In this document: in pieces, positions 1 to 13,357 of the stretch
Layout of the letters: every line of letters starts with the position of its first letter
Position numbering within the stretch: position 1 is the stretch's first letter
Assembly (NCBI RefSeq): GCF_036588685.1
Contig: NC_086384.1
Location: forward strand, 10,230,001-10,294,000
DNA length: 64,000 nt
Direction of reading: 5' to 3'
From: Mytilus trossulus
Taxonomy: Eukaryota
Position numbers and translations under genes: made by a program
The notes under the pieces: model-generated
The model's database searches: none
Told to the model about the DNA's origin: nothing
What the model saw: only the letters and a program-made list of their open reading frames with translations

Positions 1-3000
1 GATCTTTCCATTCTAGTCGTTCATACCATTAGGTGCATATACATCAAGGTATGATTTGAGTAGGATCTTTCCATTCTAGTCGTTCATACCATTAGGTGCA
101 TATACATCAAGGTATGATTTGAGTAGGATCTTTTCATTCTAGTCGTTCATACCATTAGGTGCACATACATCAAGGTATGATTTGAGTAGGATCTTTTCAT
201 TCTAGTCGTTTTCATACCATTAGGTGCATATACATCAAGGTATGATTTGAGTAAGATCATTTCATTCTAGTCGTCCATACCATTAGGTGCACATACATCA
301 AGGTATGATTTGAATAGGATCTTTTCATTCTAGTCGTTCATACCATTAGGTGCACATACATCAAGGTATGATTTGAGTAAGATCTTTTCATTCTAGTCGT
401 TTAAACCATTAGGATCACATACATCAAGGTATGATTATAGTAGGATCTTTTCATTCTAGTCGTTCATACCGTTAGGTGCACATACATCAAGGTATGATTT
501 TAGTAGGATCTTTTCATTCTAGTCGTTCATACTGTTAGGTGCACATACATCAAGGTATGATTTGAGTAGGATCTTTTCATTCTAGTCGTTTTCATACCAT
601 TAGGTGCACATACATTAAGGTATAATTTGAGTAAGATCTTTTCATTCTAGTCGTTTAAACCATTAGGTGCATATACATCAAGGTATGATTTTAGTAGGAT
701 CTTTTCATTCTAGTCGTTTAAACCATTAGGTGCACATACATCAAGGTATGATTTGAGTAGGATCTTTTCATTCTAGTCGTTCAAACCATTATGTGGACAT
801 ACATCAAGGTATGATTTGAGTAGGATCTTTTCATTCTAGTCGTTCATACCATTATGTGCATATACATCAAGGTATGATTCGAGTAGGATATTTTCATTCT
901 AGTCGTCCATACCATTAGGTGCACATACATCAAGGTATAATTTGAGTAGGATCTTTTCATTCTAGTCGTTCAAACCATTAGGTGCACATACATCAAGGTA
1001 TGATTTGAGTAGGATCTTTTCATTCTAGTCGTTTAAACCATTAGGTGCACATACATCAAGGTATGATTTGAGTAGGATCTTTTCATTCTAGTCGTTTAAA
1101 CCATTAGTTGCACATACATCAAGGTATGATTTTAGTAGGATCTTTTCATTCTAGTCGTTTTCATACCATTAGGTGCACATACATCATGGTATGATTTGAG
1201 TAGGATCTTTTCATTCTAGTCGTTTTCATACCATTAGGTGCACATACATTAAGGTATGATTTGAGTAAGATCTTTTCATTCTAGTCGTTTAAACCATAAG
1301 GTGCATATACATCAAGGTATGATTTGAGTAGGATCTTTTCATTCTAGTCGTTCAAACCATTATGTGGACATACATCAAGGTATGATTTGAGTAGGATCTT
1401 TTCATTCTAGTCGTTCATACCATTATGTGCATATACATCAAGGTATGATTTGAGTAGGATATTTTCATTCTAGTCGTCGTCCATACCATTAGGTGCACAT
1501 ACATCAAGGTATAATTTGAGTAGGATCTTTTCATTCTAGTCGTTTTCATACCATTAGGTGCACATACATCAAGGTATGATTTGAGTAGGATCTTTTCATT
1601 CTAGTCGTTTTCATACCAATAGGTGCACATACATTAAGGTATGATTTGAGTAAGATCTTTTCATTCTAGTCGTTTAAACCATTAGGTGCATATACATCAA
1701 GGTATGATTTTAGTAGGATCTTTTCATTCTAGTCGTTTAAACCATTAGGTGCACATATACAAGGTATGATTTGAGTAAGATCTTTTCATTCTAGTCGTTT
1801 TCATACCATTAGGTGCATATACATCAAGGTATGGTTTGAGTAGGATCTTTTCATTCTAGTCGTTTTCATACCATTAGGTGCACATACATCAAGGTATGAT
1901 TTGAGTAGGATCTTTTCATTCTAGTCGTTCATACCATTAGGTGCATATACATCAAGGTATGATTTGAGTAAGATCATTTCATTCTAGTCGTCCATACCAT
2001 TAGGTGCACATACATCAAGGTATGATTTGAGTAAGATCTTTTCATTCTAGTCGTTCATACCATTAGGTGCACATACATCAAGGTATGATTTGAGTAAGAT
2101 CTTTTCATTCTAGTCGTTTAAACCATTAGGTGCACATACATCAAGGTATGATTATAGTAGGATCTTTTCATTCTAGTCGTTCATAACGTTAGGTGCACAT
2201 ACATCAAGGTATGATTTTAGTAGGATCTTTTCATTCTAGTCGTTCATACTGTTAGGTGCACATACATCAAGGTATGATTTGAGTAGGATCTTTTCATTCT
2301 AGTCGTTTTCATACCATTAGGTGCACATACATCAAGGTATGATTTGAGTAGGATCTTTTCATTCTAGTCGTTCATACCATTAGGTGCATATACATCAAGG
2401 TATGATTTGAGTAAGATCATTTCATTCTAGTCGTCCATACCATTAGGTGCACATACATCAAGGTATGATTTGAGTAAGATCTTTTCATTCTAGTCGTTCA
2501 TACCATTAGGTGCACATACATCAAGGTATGATTTGAGTAAGATCTTTTCATTCTAGTCGTTTAAACCATTAGGTGCACATACATCAAGGTATGATTATAG
2601 TAGGATCTTTTCATTCTAGTCGTTCATAACGTTAGGTGCACATACATCAAGGTATGATTTTAGTAGGATCTTTTCATTCTAGTCGTTCATACTGTTAGGT
2701 GCACATACATCAAGGTATGATTTGAGTAGGATCTTTTCATTCTAGTCGTTTTCATACCATTAGGTGCACATACATTAAGGTATGATTTGAGTAAGATCTT
2801 TTCATTCTATTCGTTAAAACCATTAGGTGCATATACATCAAGGTATGATTTTAGTAGGATCTTTATATTCTAGTCGTTTAAACCATTAGGTGCACATACA
2901 TCAAGGTATGATTTGAGTAGGATCTTTTCATTCTAGTCGTTTTCATACCATTAGGTGCACATACATCAAGGTATGATTTGAGTAGGATCTTTTCATTCTA

Positions 3001-6000
3001 GTCGTTCAAACCATTATGTGGACATACATCAAGGTATGATTTGAGTAGGATCTTTTCATTCTAGTCGTTCATACCATTATGTGCATACACATCAAGGTAT
3101 GATTCGAGTAGGATATTTTCATTCTAGTCGTCCATACCATTAGGTGCACATACATCAAGGTATAATTTGAGTAGGATCTTTTCATTCTAGTCGTTCAAAC
3201 CATTAGGTGCATATACATCAAGGTATGATTTGAGTAGGATCTTTTCATTCTAGTCGTTTAAACCATTAGGTGCACATACATCAAGGCATGATTTGAGTAG
3301 GATCTTTTCATTCTAGTTGTTTAAACCATTAGGTGCACATACATCAAGGTATGATTTTAGAAGGATCTTTTCATTCTAGTCGTTTTCATACCATTAGGTG
3401 CACATACATCAAGGTATGATTTGAGTAGGATCTTTTCATTCTAGTCGTTTTCATACCATTAGGTGCACATACATTAAGGTATGATTTGAGTAAGATCTTT
3501 TCATTCTAGTCGTTTAAACCATTAGGTGCATATACATCAAGGTATGATTTGAGTAGGATCTTTTCATTCTAGTCGTTCAAACCATTATGTGGACATACAT
3601 CAAGGTATGATTTGAGTAGGATCTTTTCATTCTAGTCGTTCATACCATTATGTGCATATACATCAAGGTATGATTTGAGTAGGATATTTTCATTCTAGTC
3701 GTCGTCCATACCATTAGGTGCACATACATCAAGGTATAATTTGAGTAGGATCTTTTCATTCTAGTCGTTTTCATACCATTAGGTGCACATACATCAAGGT
3801 ATGATTTGAGTAGGATCTTTTCATTCTAGTCGTTTTCATACCATTAGGTGCACATACATTAAGGTATGATTTGAGTAAGATCTTTTCATTCTAGTCGTTT
3901 AAACCATAAGGTGCATATACATCAAGGTATGATTTTAGTAGGATCTTTTCATTCTAGTCGTTTAAACCATTAGGTGCACATATACAAGGTATGATTTGAG
4001 TAGGATCTTTTCATTCTAGTCGTTTTCATACCATTAGGTGCACATACATCAAGGTATGATTTGAGTAGGATCTTTTCATTCTAGTCGTTCAAACCATTAT
4101 GTGGACATACATCAAGGTATGATTTGAGTAGGATCTTTTCATTCTAGTCGTTCATACCATTATGTGCATATACATCAAGGTATGATTTGAGTAGGATATT
4201 TTTATTCTAGTCGTCCATACCATTAGGTGCACATACATCAAGGTATAATTTGAGTAGGATCTTTTCATTCTAGTCGTTTTCATACCATTAGGTGCACATA
4301 CATTAAGGTATGATTTGAGTAAGATCTTTTCATTCTAGTCGTTTAAACCATAAGGTGCATATACATCAAGGTATGATTTTAGTAGGATCTTTTCATTCTA
4401 GTCGTTTAAACCATTAGGTGCACATATACAAGGTATGATTTGAGTAGGATCTTTTCATTTTAGTCGTTTTCATACCATTAGGTGCACATACATCAAGGTA
4501 TGATTTGAGTAGGATCTTTTCATTCTAGTCGTTCAAACCATTATGTGGACATACATCAAGGTATGATTTGAGTAGGATCTTTTCATTCTAGTCGTTCATA
4601 CCATTATGTGCATATACATCAAGGTATGATTTGAGTAGGATATTTTCATTCTAGTCGTCCATACCATTAGGTGCACATACATCAAGGTATAATTTGAGTA
4701 GGATCTTTTCATTCTAGTCGTTCAAACCATTAGGTGCACATACATCAAGGTATGATTTGAGTAGGATCTTTTCATTCTAGTCGTTCATACCATTAGGTGC
4801 ACATACATCAAGGTATGATTTGAGTAGGATCTTTTCATTCTAGTCGTTTAAACCATTAGGTGCACATACATCAAGGTATGATTATAGTAGGATCTTTTCA
4901 TTCTAGTCGTTCATAACGTTAGGTGCACATACATCAAGGTATGATTTTAGTAGGATCTTTTCATTCTAGTCGTTCATACTGTTAGGTGCACATACATCAA
5001 GGTATGATTTGAGTAGGATCTTTTCATTCTAGTCGTTTTCATACCATTAGGTGCACATACATTAAGGTATGATTTGAGTAAGATCTTTTCATTCTATTCG
5101 TTAAAACCATTAGGTGCATATACATCAAGGTATGATTTTAGTAGGATCTTTATATTCTAGTCGTTTAAACCATTAGGTGCACATACATCAAGGTATGATT
5201 TGAGTAGGATCTTTTCATTCTAGTCGTTTTCATACCATTAGGTGCACATACATCAAGGTATGATTTGAGTAGGATCTTTTCATTCTAGTCGTTCAAACCA
5301 TTATGTGGACATACATCAAGGTATGATTTGAGTAGGATCTTTTCATTCTAGTCGTTCATACCATTATGTGCATATACATCAAGGTATGATTTGAGTAGGA
5401 TCTTTTCATTCTAGTCGTTTAAACCATTAGGTGCACATACATCAAGGTATGATTTGAGTAGGATCTTTTCATTCTAGTCGTTCAAACCATTAGGTGCATA
5501 TACATCAAGGTATGATTTAATTGGGATCTTTTCATTCTAGTCGTTCATACCATTAGGTGCATATACATCAAGGTATGATTTGAGTAGCATCTTTTCATTC
5601 TAGTCGTTCATTCCTTTAGGTGGACATACATCAAGGTATAATTTGAGTAGGATCTTTTCATTCTAGTCGTTCAAACCATTAGGTGCATATACATCAAGGT
5701 ATGATTTTAGTAGGATCTTTTCATTGTAGTCGTTCATACCATTAGGTGCACATACATCAAGGTATGATTTGAGTAGGATCTTTCCATTCTAGTCGTTCAT
5801 ACCATTAGATGCATATACATCAAGGTATGATTTGAGTAGGATCTTTTCATTCTAGTCGTTCAAACCATTAGGTGGACATACATTAAGGTATGATTTGAGT
5901 AGGATCTTTTCATTCTAGTCGTTCAAACCATTAGGTGCATATACATCAAGGTATGATTTGAGTAGGATCTTTCCATTCTAGTCGTTCATACCATTAGGTG

Positions 6001-7262
6001 CATATACATCAAGGTATGATTTGAGTAGGATCTTTTCATTCTAGTCGTTCATACCATTAGCTGTACATACATCAAGGTATGATTTGAGTAGGATCTTTTC
6101 ATTCTAGTCGTTTTCATACCATAAGGTGCACATACATTAAGGTATGATTTGAGTAAGATCTTTTCATTCTAGTCGTTTAAACCATTAGGTGCATATACAT
6201 CAAGGTATGTATGATTTTAGTAGGATCTTTTCATTCTAGTCGTTTAAACCATTAGGTGCACATACATCAAGGTATGATTTGAGTAGGATCTTTTCATTCT
6301 AGTCGTTTTCATACCATTAGGTGCACATACATCAAGGTATGATTTGAGTAGGATCTTTTCATTCTAGTCGTTCAAACCATTATGTGGACATACATCAAGG
6401 TATGATTTGAGTAGGATCTTTTCATTCTAGTCGTTCATACCATTATGTGCATATACATCAAGGTATGATTTGAGTAGGATATTTTCATTCTAGTCGTCCA
6501 TACCATTAGGTGCACATACATCAAGGTATAATTTGAGTAGGATCTTTTCATTCTAGTCGTTCAAACCATTAGGTGCACATACATCAAGGTATGATTTGAG
6601 TAGGATCTTTTCATTCTAGTCGTTTAAACCATTAGGTGCACATACATCAAGGTATGATTTGAGTAGTATCTTTTCATTCTAGTCGTTCATACCGTTAGGT
6701 GCACATACATCAAGGTATGATTTGAGTAGGATCTTTTCATTCTAGTCGTTCATACCATTAGGTGCATATACATCAATGTATGATTTGAGTAGGATCTTTT
6801 CATTCTAGTCGTTTAAACCATTAGGTGCACATACATCAAGGTATGATTTGAGTAGGATCTTTTCATTCTAGTCGTTCAAACCATTAGGTGCATATACATC
6901 AATGTATGATTTTAGTAGGATCTTTTCATTCTAGTCGTTTTCATACCATTAGGTGTACATACATCAAGGTATTATTTGAGTAGGATCTTTTCATTCTAGT
7001 CGTTCAAACCATTAGGTGCACATACATCAATGTATGATTTGAGTAGGATCTTTTCATTCTAGTCGTTCATACCATTAGGTGTACATACATCAAGGTATGA
7101 TTTTAGTAGGATCTTTTCATTCTAGTCGTCCATACCGTTATGTGCACATACATCAAGGTATGATTTGAGTAGGATCTTTTCATTCTAGTCGTTCATTCCA
7201 TTAGGTGTACATACATCAATGTATGATTTTAGTAGGATCTTTTCATTCTAGTTGTTCATACC
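1..7262. repeat. 63-bp tandem satellite (~115 copies, some 65-bp variants), open at the window start
   Basis: Unit GATCTTTTCATTCTAGTCGTTCATACCATTAGGTGCACATACATCAAGGTATGATTTGAGTAG repeats head-to-tail. No ORF is reported across it. Confidence 0.98.
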
Positions 7263-8479
7263 AGAAGTTTTAAACAATTTATACCATCATGAATTGACAG
7301 TTCAAATCTAGATAGTTTTAGTACCTAACCTTTCTTATATTCGAAACAATGAACCTAATGATGCTATTGCACTACGAAAAAAATCAACAAGATATGTCAG
7401 CAAGTTTACGAGTCCAAATGCACTTAACAAACGATATACATTGTACATTTCGTGTTTAAAAAAAGGTGTTCACCGCAAACGACTTTAAATGAAGTGACAT
7501 AATAATCAGTAACGATGACAATCAGAGTCAGAAACCCCATAATAGTAAATGAAATCAAATGCATTTAAAGTACAAGTACATTACGTTAAACAATAACTAT
7601 CATTCTTTCTGCCTAAAAAAATAATTATTAAAAAGAATATGCGTAAATTGTACAAAATAACACTATACCTGGTCTTGTATTTACAGTTTGAAAATTTGAA
7701 TAAATCTGAGCTGTATATGAAATACAAAAAGAATTCGCATTCAGTTTGAGTTTGAAAATGGTGTTGCATTGAGGAAAGGTCACTATTTTTGACGTTCTGA
7801 TTGGTTCAAACGTTATTTGTAGGACTTATTCTCACGTCAAGATTTAGGTCAGCCAAAATTTTAATAATATCTAGAATTCAATATATAATTGTGTAAATAT
7901 CACAATTTGGTCATTTCTTGTGGATGATATAAATTGTACTGTTGTATAAGGTCAGGCTATGAAACATTACAAGGCGCTGTTAATTATGTGTATAGGGATA
8001 TCTACATTGTAATGTTTTTACTTTCCCCATCCCCTCTCCCGCTGATACACATAATTAACATGGTTTCTATTAACAAAAGCTCCTTTTGGAGTTAATGTGT
8101 TTCGAGACCTTTTATGTCATTACACCTTATCTATATTGTCACTGTTCTGTTGTAATTTCTAAGAGCTTAATGACTATCTCTTCATTGTCAACCACTAACA
8201 AAAGTTACCTTTTAATTTACAGGTAATCTACGATAATGAATGCCTGACGACAACCAGAAGGTTACGGATGAGACATGGGACAACTATTTCTATTTATTAC
8301 TCATAATTATATCATTGTCTATACATATTTGTGTAAATAGTTTTTACAATATAATAAAAATAAGTGTATTCCATTTGATTTTTGAATATTGGACAAATTT
8401 ATTTCCGAAAAGCAAAACACATAATCAATACAGTCACCTTTACAAGGTACATTCGTCATCTCTTTTATTTTTGAGATAA

Positions 8480-8722
8480 GACGTGGCACGGTACTTGTCT
8501 ATCCCAAATTCATGTATTTGGTTTTCATGTTATATTTGTTATTCTCGTGGTGTTTTGTCTGATGCTTGGTCCGTTTCTGTGTGTGTTGCGTTTCGGTGTT
8601 GTGTCGTTGTTCTCCTCTTATATTTAATGCGTTTCCCTCGGTTTTAGTTTGTTATCCCAATTTTGTTTTTTGTCCATGGATTTATGAGTTTTGAACAGCG
8701 GTATACTACTGTTGCCTTTATT
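8480..8722 (+). repeat. Dispersed repeat ending GGTATACTACTGTTGCCTTTATT (retroelement 3' end-like)
   Basis: The same sequence recurs at ~15213-15350 (-), ~16850-16990 (+), ~46050-46170 (-) and ~49790-49965 (-). Confidence 0.8.
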
Positions 8723-9014
8723 CAAGGGTAAATGATACTTGTGATGACTAAGGAGAATATCTCCCATGTAGATTCAGAATTATCTTAACTCTTATACATT
8801 TCTAGGAATATAATTGGTTAAAAGCGTCCGATTGGAGACCGTGTATATTCCATATTAGGTTATTAGGCTTGACTTATTTCAATACACGTTGGGTAGTTCA
8901 GTTACGAAAATGGCACTATACATGTATTGAAAGTTCTGTTTAATATTTTTATATCAAGGTTGTTGATATTAAATTGTACAGTTGACATAAATGTTTTTGT
9001 GCAGAACAATGTAT

Positions 9015-9575
9015 AAAATCATCATGGATACCAGGTTCAAAATTTCATATTTACGCTTGACGCGCGTTTCGTCTAAAAAAAGACTCATCAGTGACGCTCG
9101 AATCAAAAAATGTTTGAAAAACCAGATAGTGTACGAAGTTGAAGAGCATTAAGGTGGTACCCAACACTTTCACTAAAATGAATGTGGCTCGTTTCATTTT
9201 CATAAAATTTTGACAAAGTATTTACTTTAACCCTTTAACAAAATAATAAAAAATTTCAAAAATTTTGAACCAACCGTTTTATCAGAAAAATTACACTGGT
9301 TATATAGTAGTTTGACAAACACCAATTTTGATCATTGAGAAGCTTATTTTTCCCTTTACAACACAACGTAATAAAGACGTTAAGCTGATTTTACAGAGTT
9401 ATCTCCCTGTAGTGTTAGGTACCACCTTAAGGACCAAACATTCCTTAAAAGCTTTGCCAAAAATACAGCTAAGGTAGTCTGAGGTAGAAAAGCATTATTT
9501 GTTTTTAAGTTCAAAGTTTTGTTTTTAATTTATAATTATGAACAAATCAATGATAACTCAAGTCAACACAGAAGT
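9015..9575 (-). mobile_element. Retrozyme-like element with hammerhead ribozyme at ~9053-9100, interrupted by a TTAA MITE
   Basis: The minus strand reads GCGTCA CTGATGA GTCT..AGAC GAAA C GCGC GTC. It is collinear with the copy at 43175-43503 on both sides of the MITE. Confidence 0.8.
9153..9426. mobile_element. Non-autonomous DNA transposon (MITE), TTAA TSD, Kolobok-like GG...CC termini
   Basis: TTAA at 9149-9152 and 9427-9430; TIR GGTGGTACCCAACACT / AGTGTTAGGTACCACC (15 of 16 match). Confidence 0.9.
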
Positions 9576-9667
9576 TAGGTTCTTCAAATTGAAATTTGAA
9601 AAAAATTGTAAGACTAGTATACAAATAAATAGATGTGGTATGGTTGCAAATAAGACAACAACTCTAG

Positions 9668-9802
9668 CCAAAATTCAACTTCGTACTTTATTTGGCCTTT
9701 TAACTTTTTTGGATTCGAGCGTCACTGATAAGTCTTTTGTAGACGAAACGCGCGTCTGGCGTTTATACAAAATTTAGTCCTGGTATCTATGATGAGTTTA
9801 TT
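9668..9802 (+). mobile_element. Partial retrozyme-like copy, inverted relative to 9015-9575, hammerhead core mutated
   Basis: GAGCGTCA CTGATAA GTCTTTTGTAGAC GAAA CGCGCGTC TGGCGT at ~9717-9762 (core G8 changed to A). Confidence 0.75.
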
Positions 9803-9847
9803 CAACAAAGAAAGATAGTTGGTAAGATAAATGCGTTGCAAAGTGTC

Positions 9848-9956
9848 CTAGTGACTTAACGATATATACGGGGTCAGTAAATTCCATATTGGGTTTGATC
9901 ATCGCTCTCACCATTTTTTGGAATTTACTGACCCCATATATATCGTAGGTCACTAG
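9848..9956. repeat. Fold-back inverted repeat (mini-MITE)
   Basis: ~38-bp arms CTAGTGAC..GGGGTCAGTAAATTCCA / TGGAATTTACTGACCCC..GTCACTAG. Confidence 0.8.
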
Positions 9957-10122
9957 CTCAACATGTAAATAATAATAATATTCCCATTTAGCACAATGTC
10001 GTGTTCATTACATGTAGTATTTACACGGTAACTTCAGAACAGCACAGTCATCTACCAGGAACTATTTATATAACTTAAAACAATCCACAATAAATCTTGT
10101 TTTATTACTATACGTTATTTAA

Positions 10123-10457
10123 GGATGTTCGCTTGTTATGTTTTGGGATTTTTGTCTGGTTTTCGAAATCCTCTGGTTTTATCCATTTAATGGCCTTAAA
10201 AATTGCCCATTGTCCCCATTTTTCATTTTATCAATCTTTCACATGGATAATGATAAGCAATCTGTAAAAGTCTTATAAAATTTTAATTATTATTCAATAG
10301 ATTTGGAGAACTTAAACTTGTCAATGATAAAGCTACGAAAAGTCGAGAGAACATTTTTCTGACATTGTTTGCTCTTTTGATTCCTTTATTTATCACCTAT
10401 CAAGGTATTCTACTGATTTGAGACGTTTATTATTTTGAAACTGAGAAGCGAACTCCC
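10123..10457. mobile_element. MITE with TTAA TSD (Kolobok-like)
   Basis: TTAA at 10119-10122 and 10458-10461; imperfect TIR GGATGTTCGCTT / AAGCGAACTCCC. Confidence 0.65.
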
Positions 10458-10885
10458 TTAAGAACTTTTAAACATTAGAACGGAAATAAGACAATAACAA
10501 TCAAAACCAAGGAGTAAAACAAAGACTCACAAAAGCAAAGGACATTTACATCAACAGTTATAAATAATAATTAAGAAACAACACGAACTCCACTAAAATC
10601 CGGGAGTGGAATCATGTGCTCCGGAAGGGTTTACAGCATTTCCTACACCGTATACGGCACCCGTCGTGTTATATCTATGTTCAGTTCGGTAATGATGGAA
10701 GGTTATCATGACTGAGGAAGAATGTCAGATATTTCAGAAATAAGTCATTCACCAATAACTCTTGCTGCCAGATAGATGGTTCTACTCTCGGGAGTAGACC
10801 ATACGTCAAACCACTAGTTAGCAATTACAATTAAAAAGATAATAAGAAAAACATATCTTATTTTGTTATTTATTTGAAAAAAAAA

Positions 10886-11897
10886 AAAAGTAAAATCACA
10901 AAAATACTGAACTCAGAGGAAAATCAATTTGGAAAGTCCATAATCACATGGCAAAATCAAAAAACAAAAACGCATCAAAAACGAATGGACAAGAACTGTC
11001 ATATTCCTGACTTGGTACAGGCATTTTCAAATTTTGAGCTACATTCAGCCCCCATAAAAAGCAGAATGTACGTGTTGATGCTTTCATGTATTATATGTTT
11101 CTGTAAATTAAATTTACCAAAAACAAAAATGAATAAATGATAAACCAAGGCTGTATTGCACAATTTCAGAGAAAGTTTAATCCAAAATATAGCAAATAAA
11201 AGTTTTTAAGATTGAGAGTCCAACTGTCGAAAAAAAATTACCAGCACGAAGAATATTATTTCTCTGAATGTGTAAACAACGATCACGTATTGTGTAAGAG
11301 GTAGGGCCAATGTGCCGAGGATTTTTTTCACAGAAGGGCCAGTGCATGGCAATTTCAAAATGTGACGACAGAATAAAATTTACTATAAAAACAAAAAATA
11401 AAAATGCTTTTTGATCAATATCTCGATTTACATATAGTATTATATGTGTGATCAATAGTTAATTTAACCCTCAAAAAGGATGAAAGTCCAATAACCGGAT
11501 TTTCGGGTGTTTTTATGTGGAAAAAACAGGGAATATCCCAAGAAGGACATTTCAAACCAAAAAAAAGTTATGCTTTTTATGACTGTTGTTATTCATACTA
11601 CTTTTTACTTCAAAAATGAAATTGGTTTAGTGTGTCCTTATAACATAAAAAACAACTTTTTAAAGAAAAAATTGTAACATCGATTAATTGTTTTTAAACT
11701 GTTATTAAAGTGAGAGGGTTAGCGCTATAGAACCAGGTTTAATCCACCATTTTCTACATTTGAAAATGCCTGTACCAAGTCAGGAATATGACAGTTCTTG
11801 TCCATTCGTTTTTTATGCGTTTTGTTTTTTGATTTTGCCATGTGATTATGGACTTTCCAAATTGATTTTCCTCTGAGTTCAGTATTTTTGTGATTTT
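10886..11897. repeat. Two copies of a dispersed repeat in inverted orientation (~10886-11032 + and ~11710-11897 -)
   Basis: AAAATCACAAAAATACTGAACTCAGAGGAAAATCAATTTGG...GGCATTTTCAAA is present on both strands. Further copies lie at ~47320 and ~48760. Confidence 0.85.
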
Positions 11898-13357
11898 AAT
11901 TTTTATTTTTTGTACCGATATAGCTTCTAAATAAGTCAGAGAAACAATGATAAGAAACATAACTACTAATAAATGGCACGAAATGATGGTTTTGAAGAAA
12001 GGGTTCGAACCTCGCTCAGAACTTTTGCATTTTTTTGTGTTGTTATATTAAATTTCAAAGTTTCTATCATATTTTTTTACGTGTATCAAGGAAAAAATAC
12101 TGTATCGCTTATTGTTAGCAATCCTATGACTGTCCATACTCTTGAATTAATTTCTATTCATGTGTTTACATTATTACATATATCCAAGGGACAACTGCCG
12201 TCAAACTGATGTAGGTGCCTGTACATAACCAATAACACGAGAATTAATTCTATAGAAATTAAGCCTACATGTTGCGGGTGTAATATGCACATAACTTAAA
12301 ATAAGGCCATTGTATACAAGTTTAATAACAACAAAAAACAATTCGTTGAAACCTTTTTTGAACATGGTATTATATGTAACAAATGCAGTCAACGACAATT
12401 TTGTCGCCAAAATCACAAACTGTAAAGATACTAGTACTGAAATTTTACCACCGTCTATACACGGGTACCTAACTCATTAGAAAAATAAAACAAAATAACA
12501 GAACAAATCAATTACACTACAAATCGTGATTGTAGGTAAAACATCAAGAAGCTGTTGCATCTGTATCACAACGAAGGGCCGATTTGTTAAAATTACAGAG
12601 AAGGCAATAAAACATGAAGTAGTAACACAGGGTGACCATTGACCAACTGATGTAAGATGTTCTCCGGTTAAAATTTATACATGTACATGTATTTTCTTGT
12701 CTTATCTTATAGACGATAAAACCTTAAAAGACCAGGACAAATACAGATATACATATTCAGAATGAGAAAATCACGATTTGAATTAGTTCGATATTATTTG
12801 GCTCCTTGACAAGTAAAATGGTATGGCACCTCGCATAAAGGATGTCAATAATAAAATAAAATCAATATTAAAAAAACAATAGTCTTGGCCTTGTTTTTGT
12901 AGAAATACCTGTTCAAGGTATGAAAATAAATAATGTGACGTATTTTCTTGTACTATAATTAGCATCTATCGGGCTATTTAAAACATTATTTACCTATCTT
13001 ATCGAATGAAACAAATCTCCGCCAAATTGGCCCTCCCTCTTTGCCGTATTACGAAATAATATTTTTCAATTCTTGTCGTGAAACGCTTCAGGGAGAAATA
13101 TTTTATCACAAATAGCAATAGTTCAATACAGTATGTGCATATATAAATATTCACATTATTGAAGCAAGTAAAATATATTATATGCATCTGATAGAGCCTT
13201 TTCCTTTAATTTTACAACGAAAAAACGAAGTTCTGCTACAGATATAAGAGCGAGAAATCGCCTTCATATAGTACTGCGAACTATACAACTCATTTTGTTC
13301 GTTTCATTCAACACTTTATTTCATTTTCAATCTGAAAGTATTGATGATTGTTTATTT

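Noticed and set aside
1-7262. CRISPR-like array or coding repeat (63 bp = 21 codons)
   Set aside because: There are no unique spacers and no cas genes, the context is eukaryotic, and stops and 2-bp indel variants break the frames.
11464-11721. piggyBac-like TTAA CCCT...AGGGTTAG element
   Set aside because: The right end lacks TTAA and belongs to a different dispersed repeat.
7581-13187. Numerous 60-90 aa ORFs
   Set aside because: They have no recognisable domains, and several are translations of dispersed repeats.
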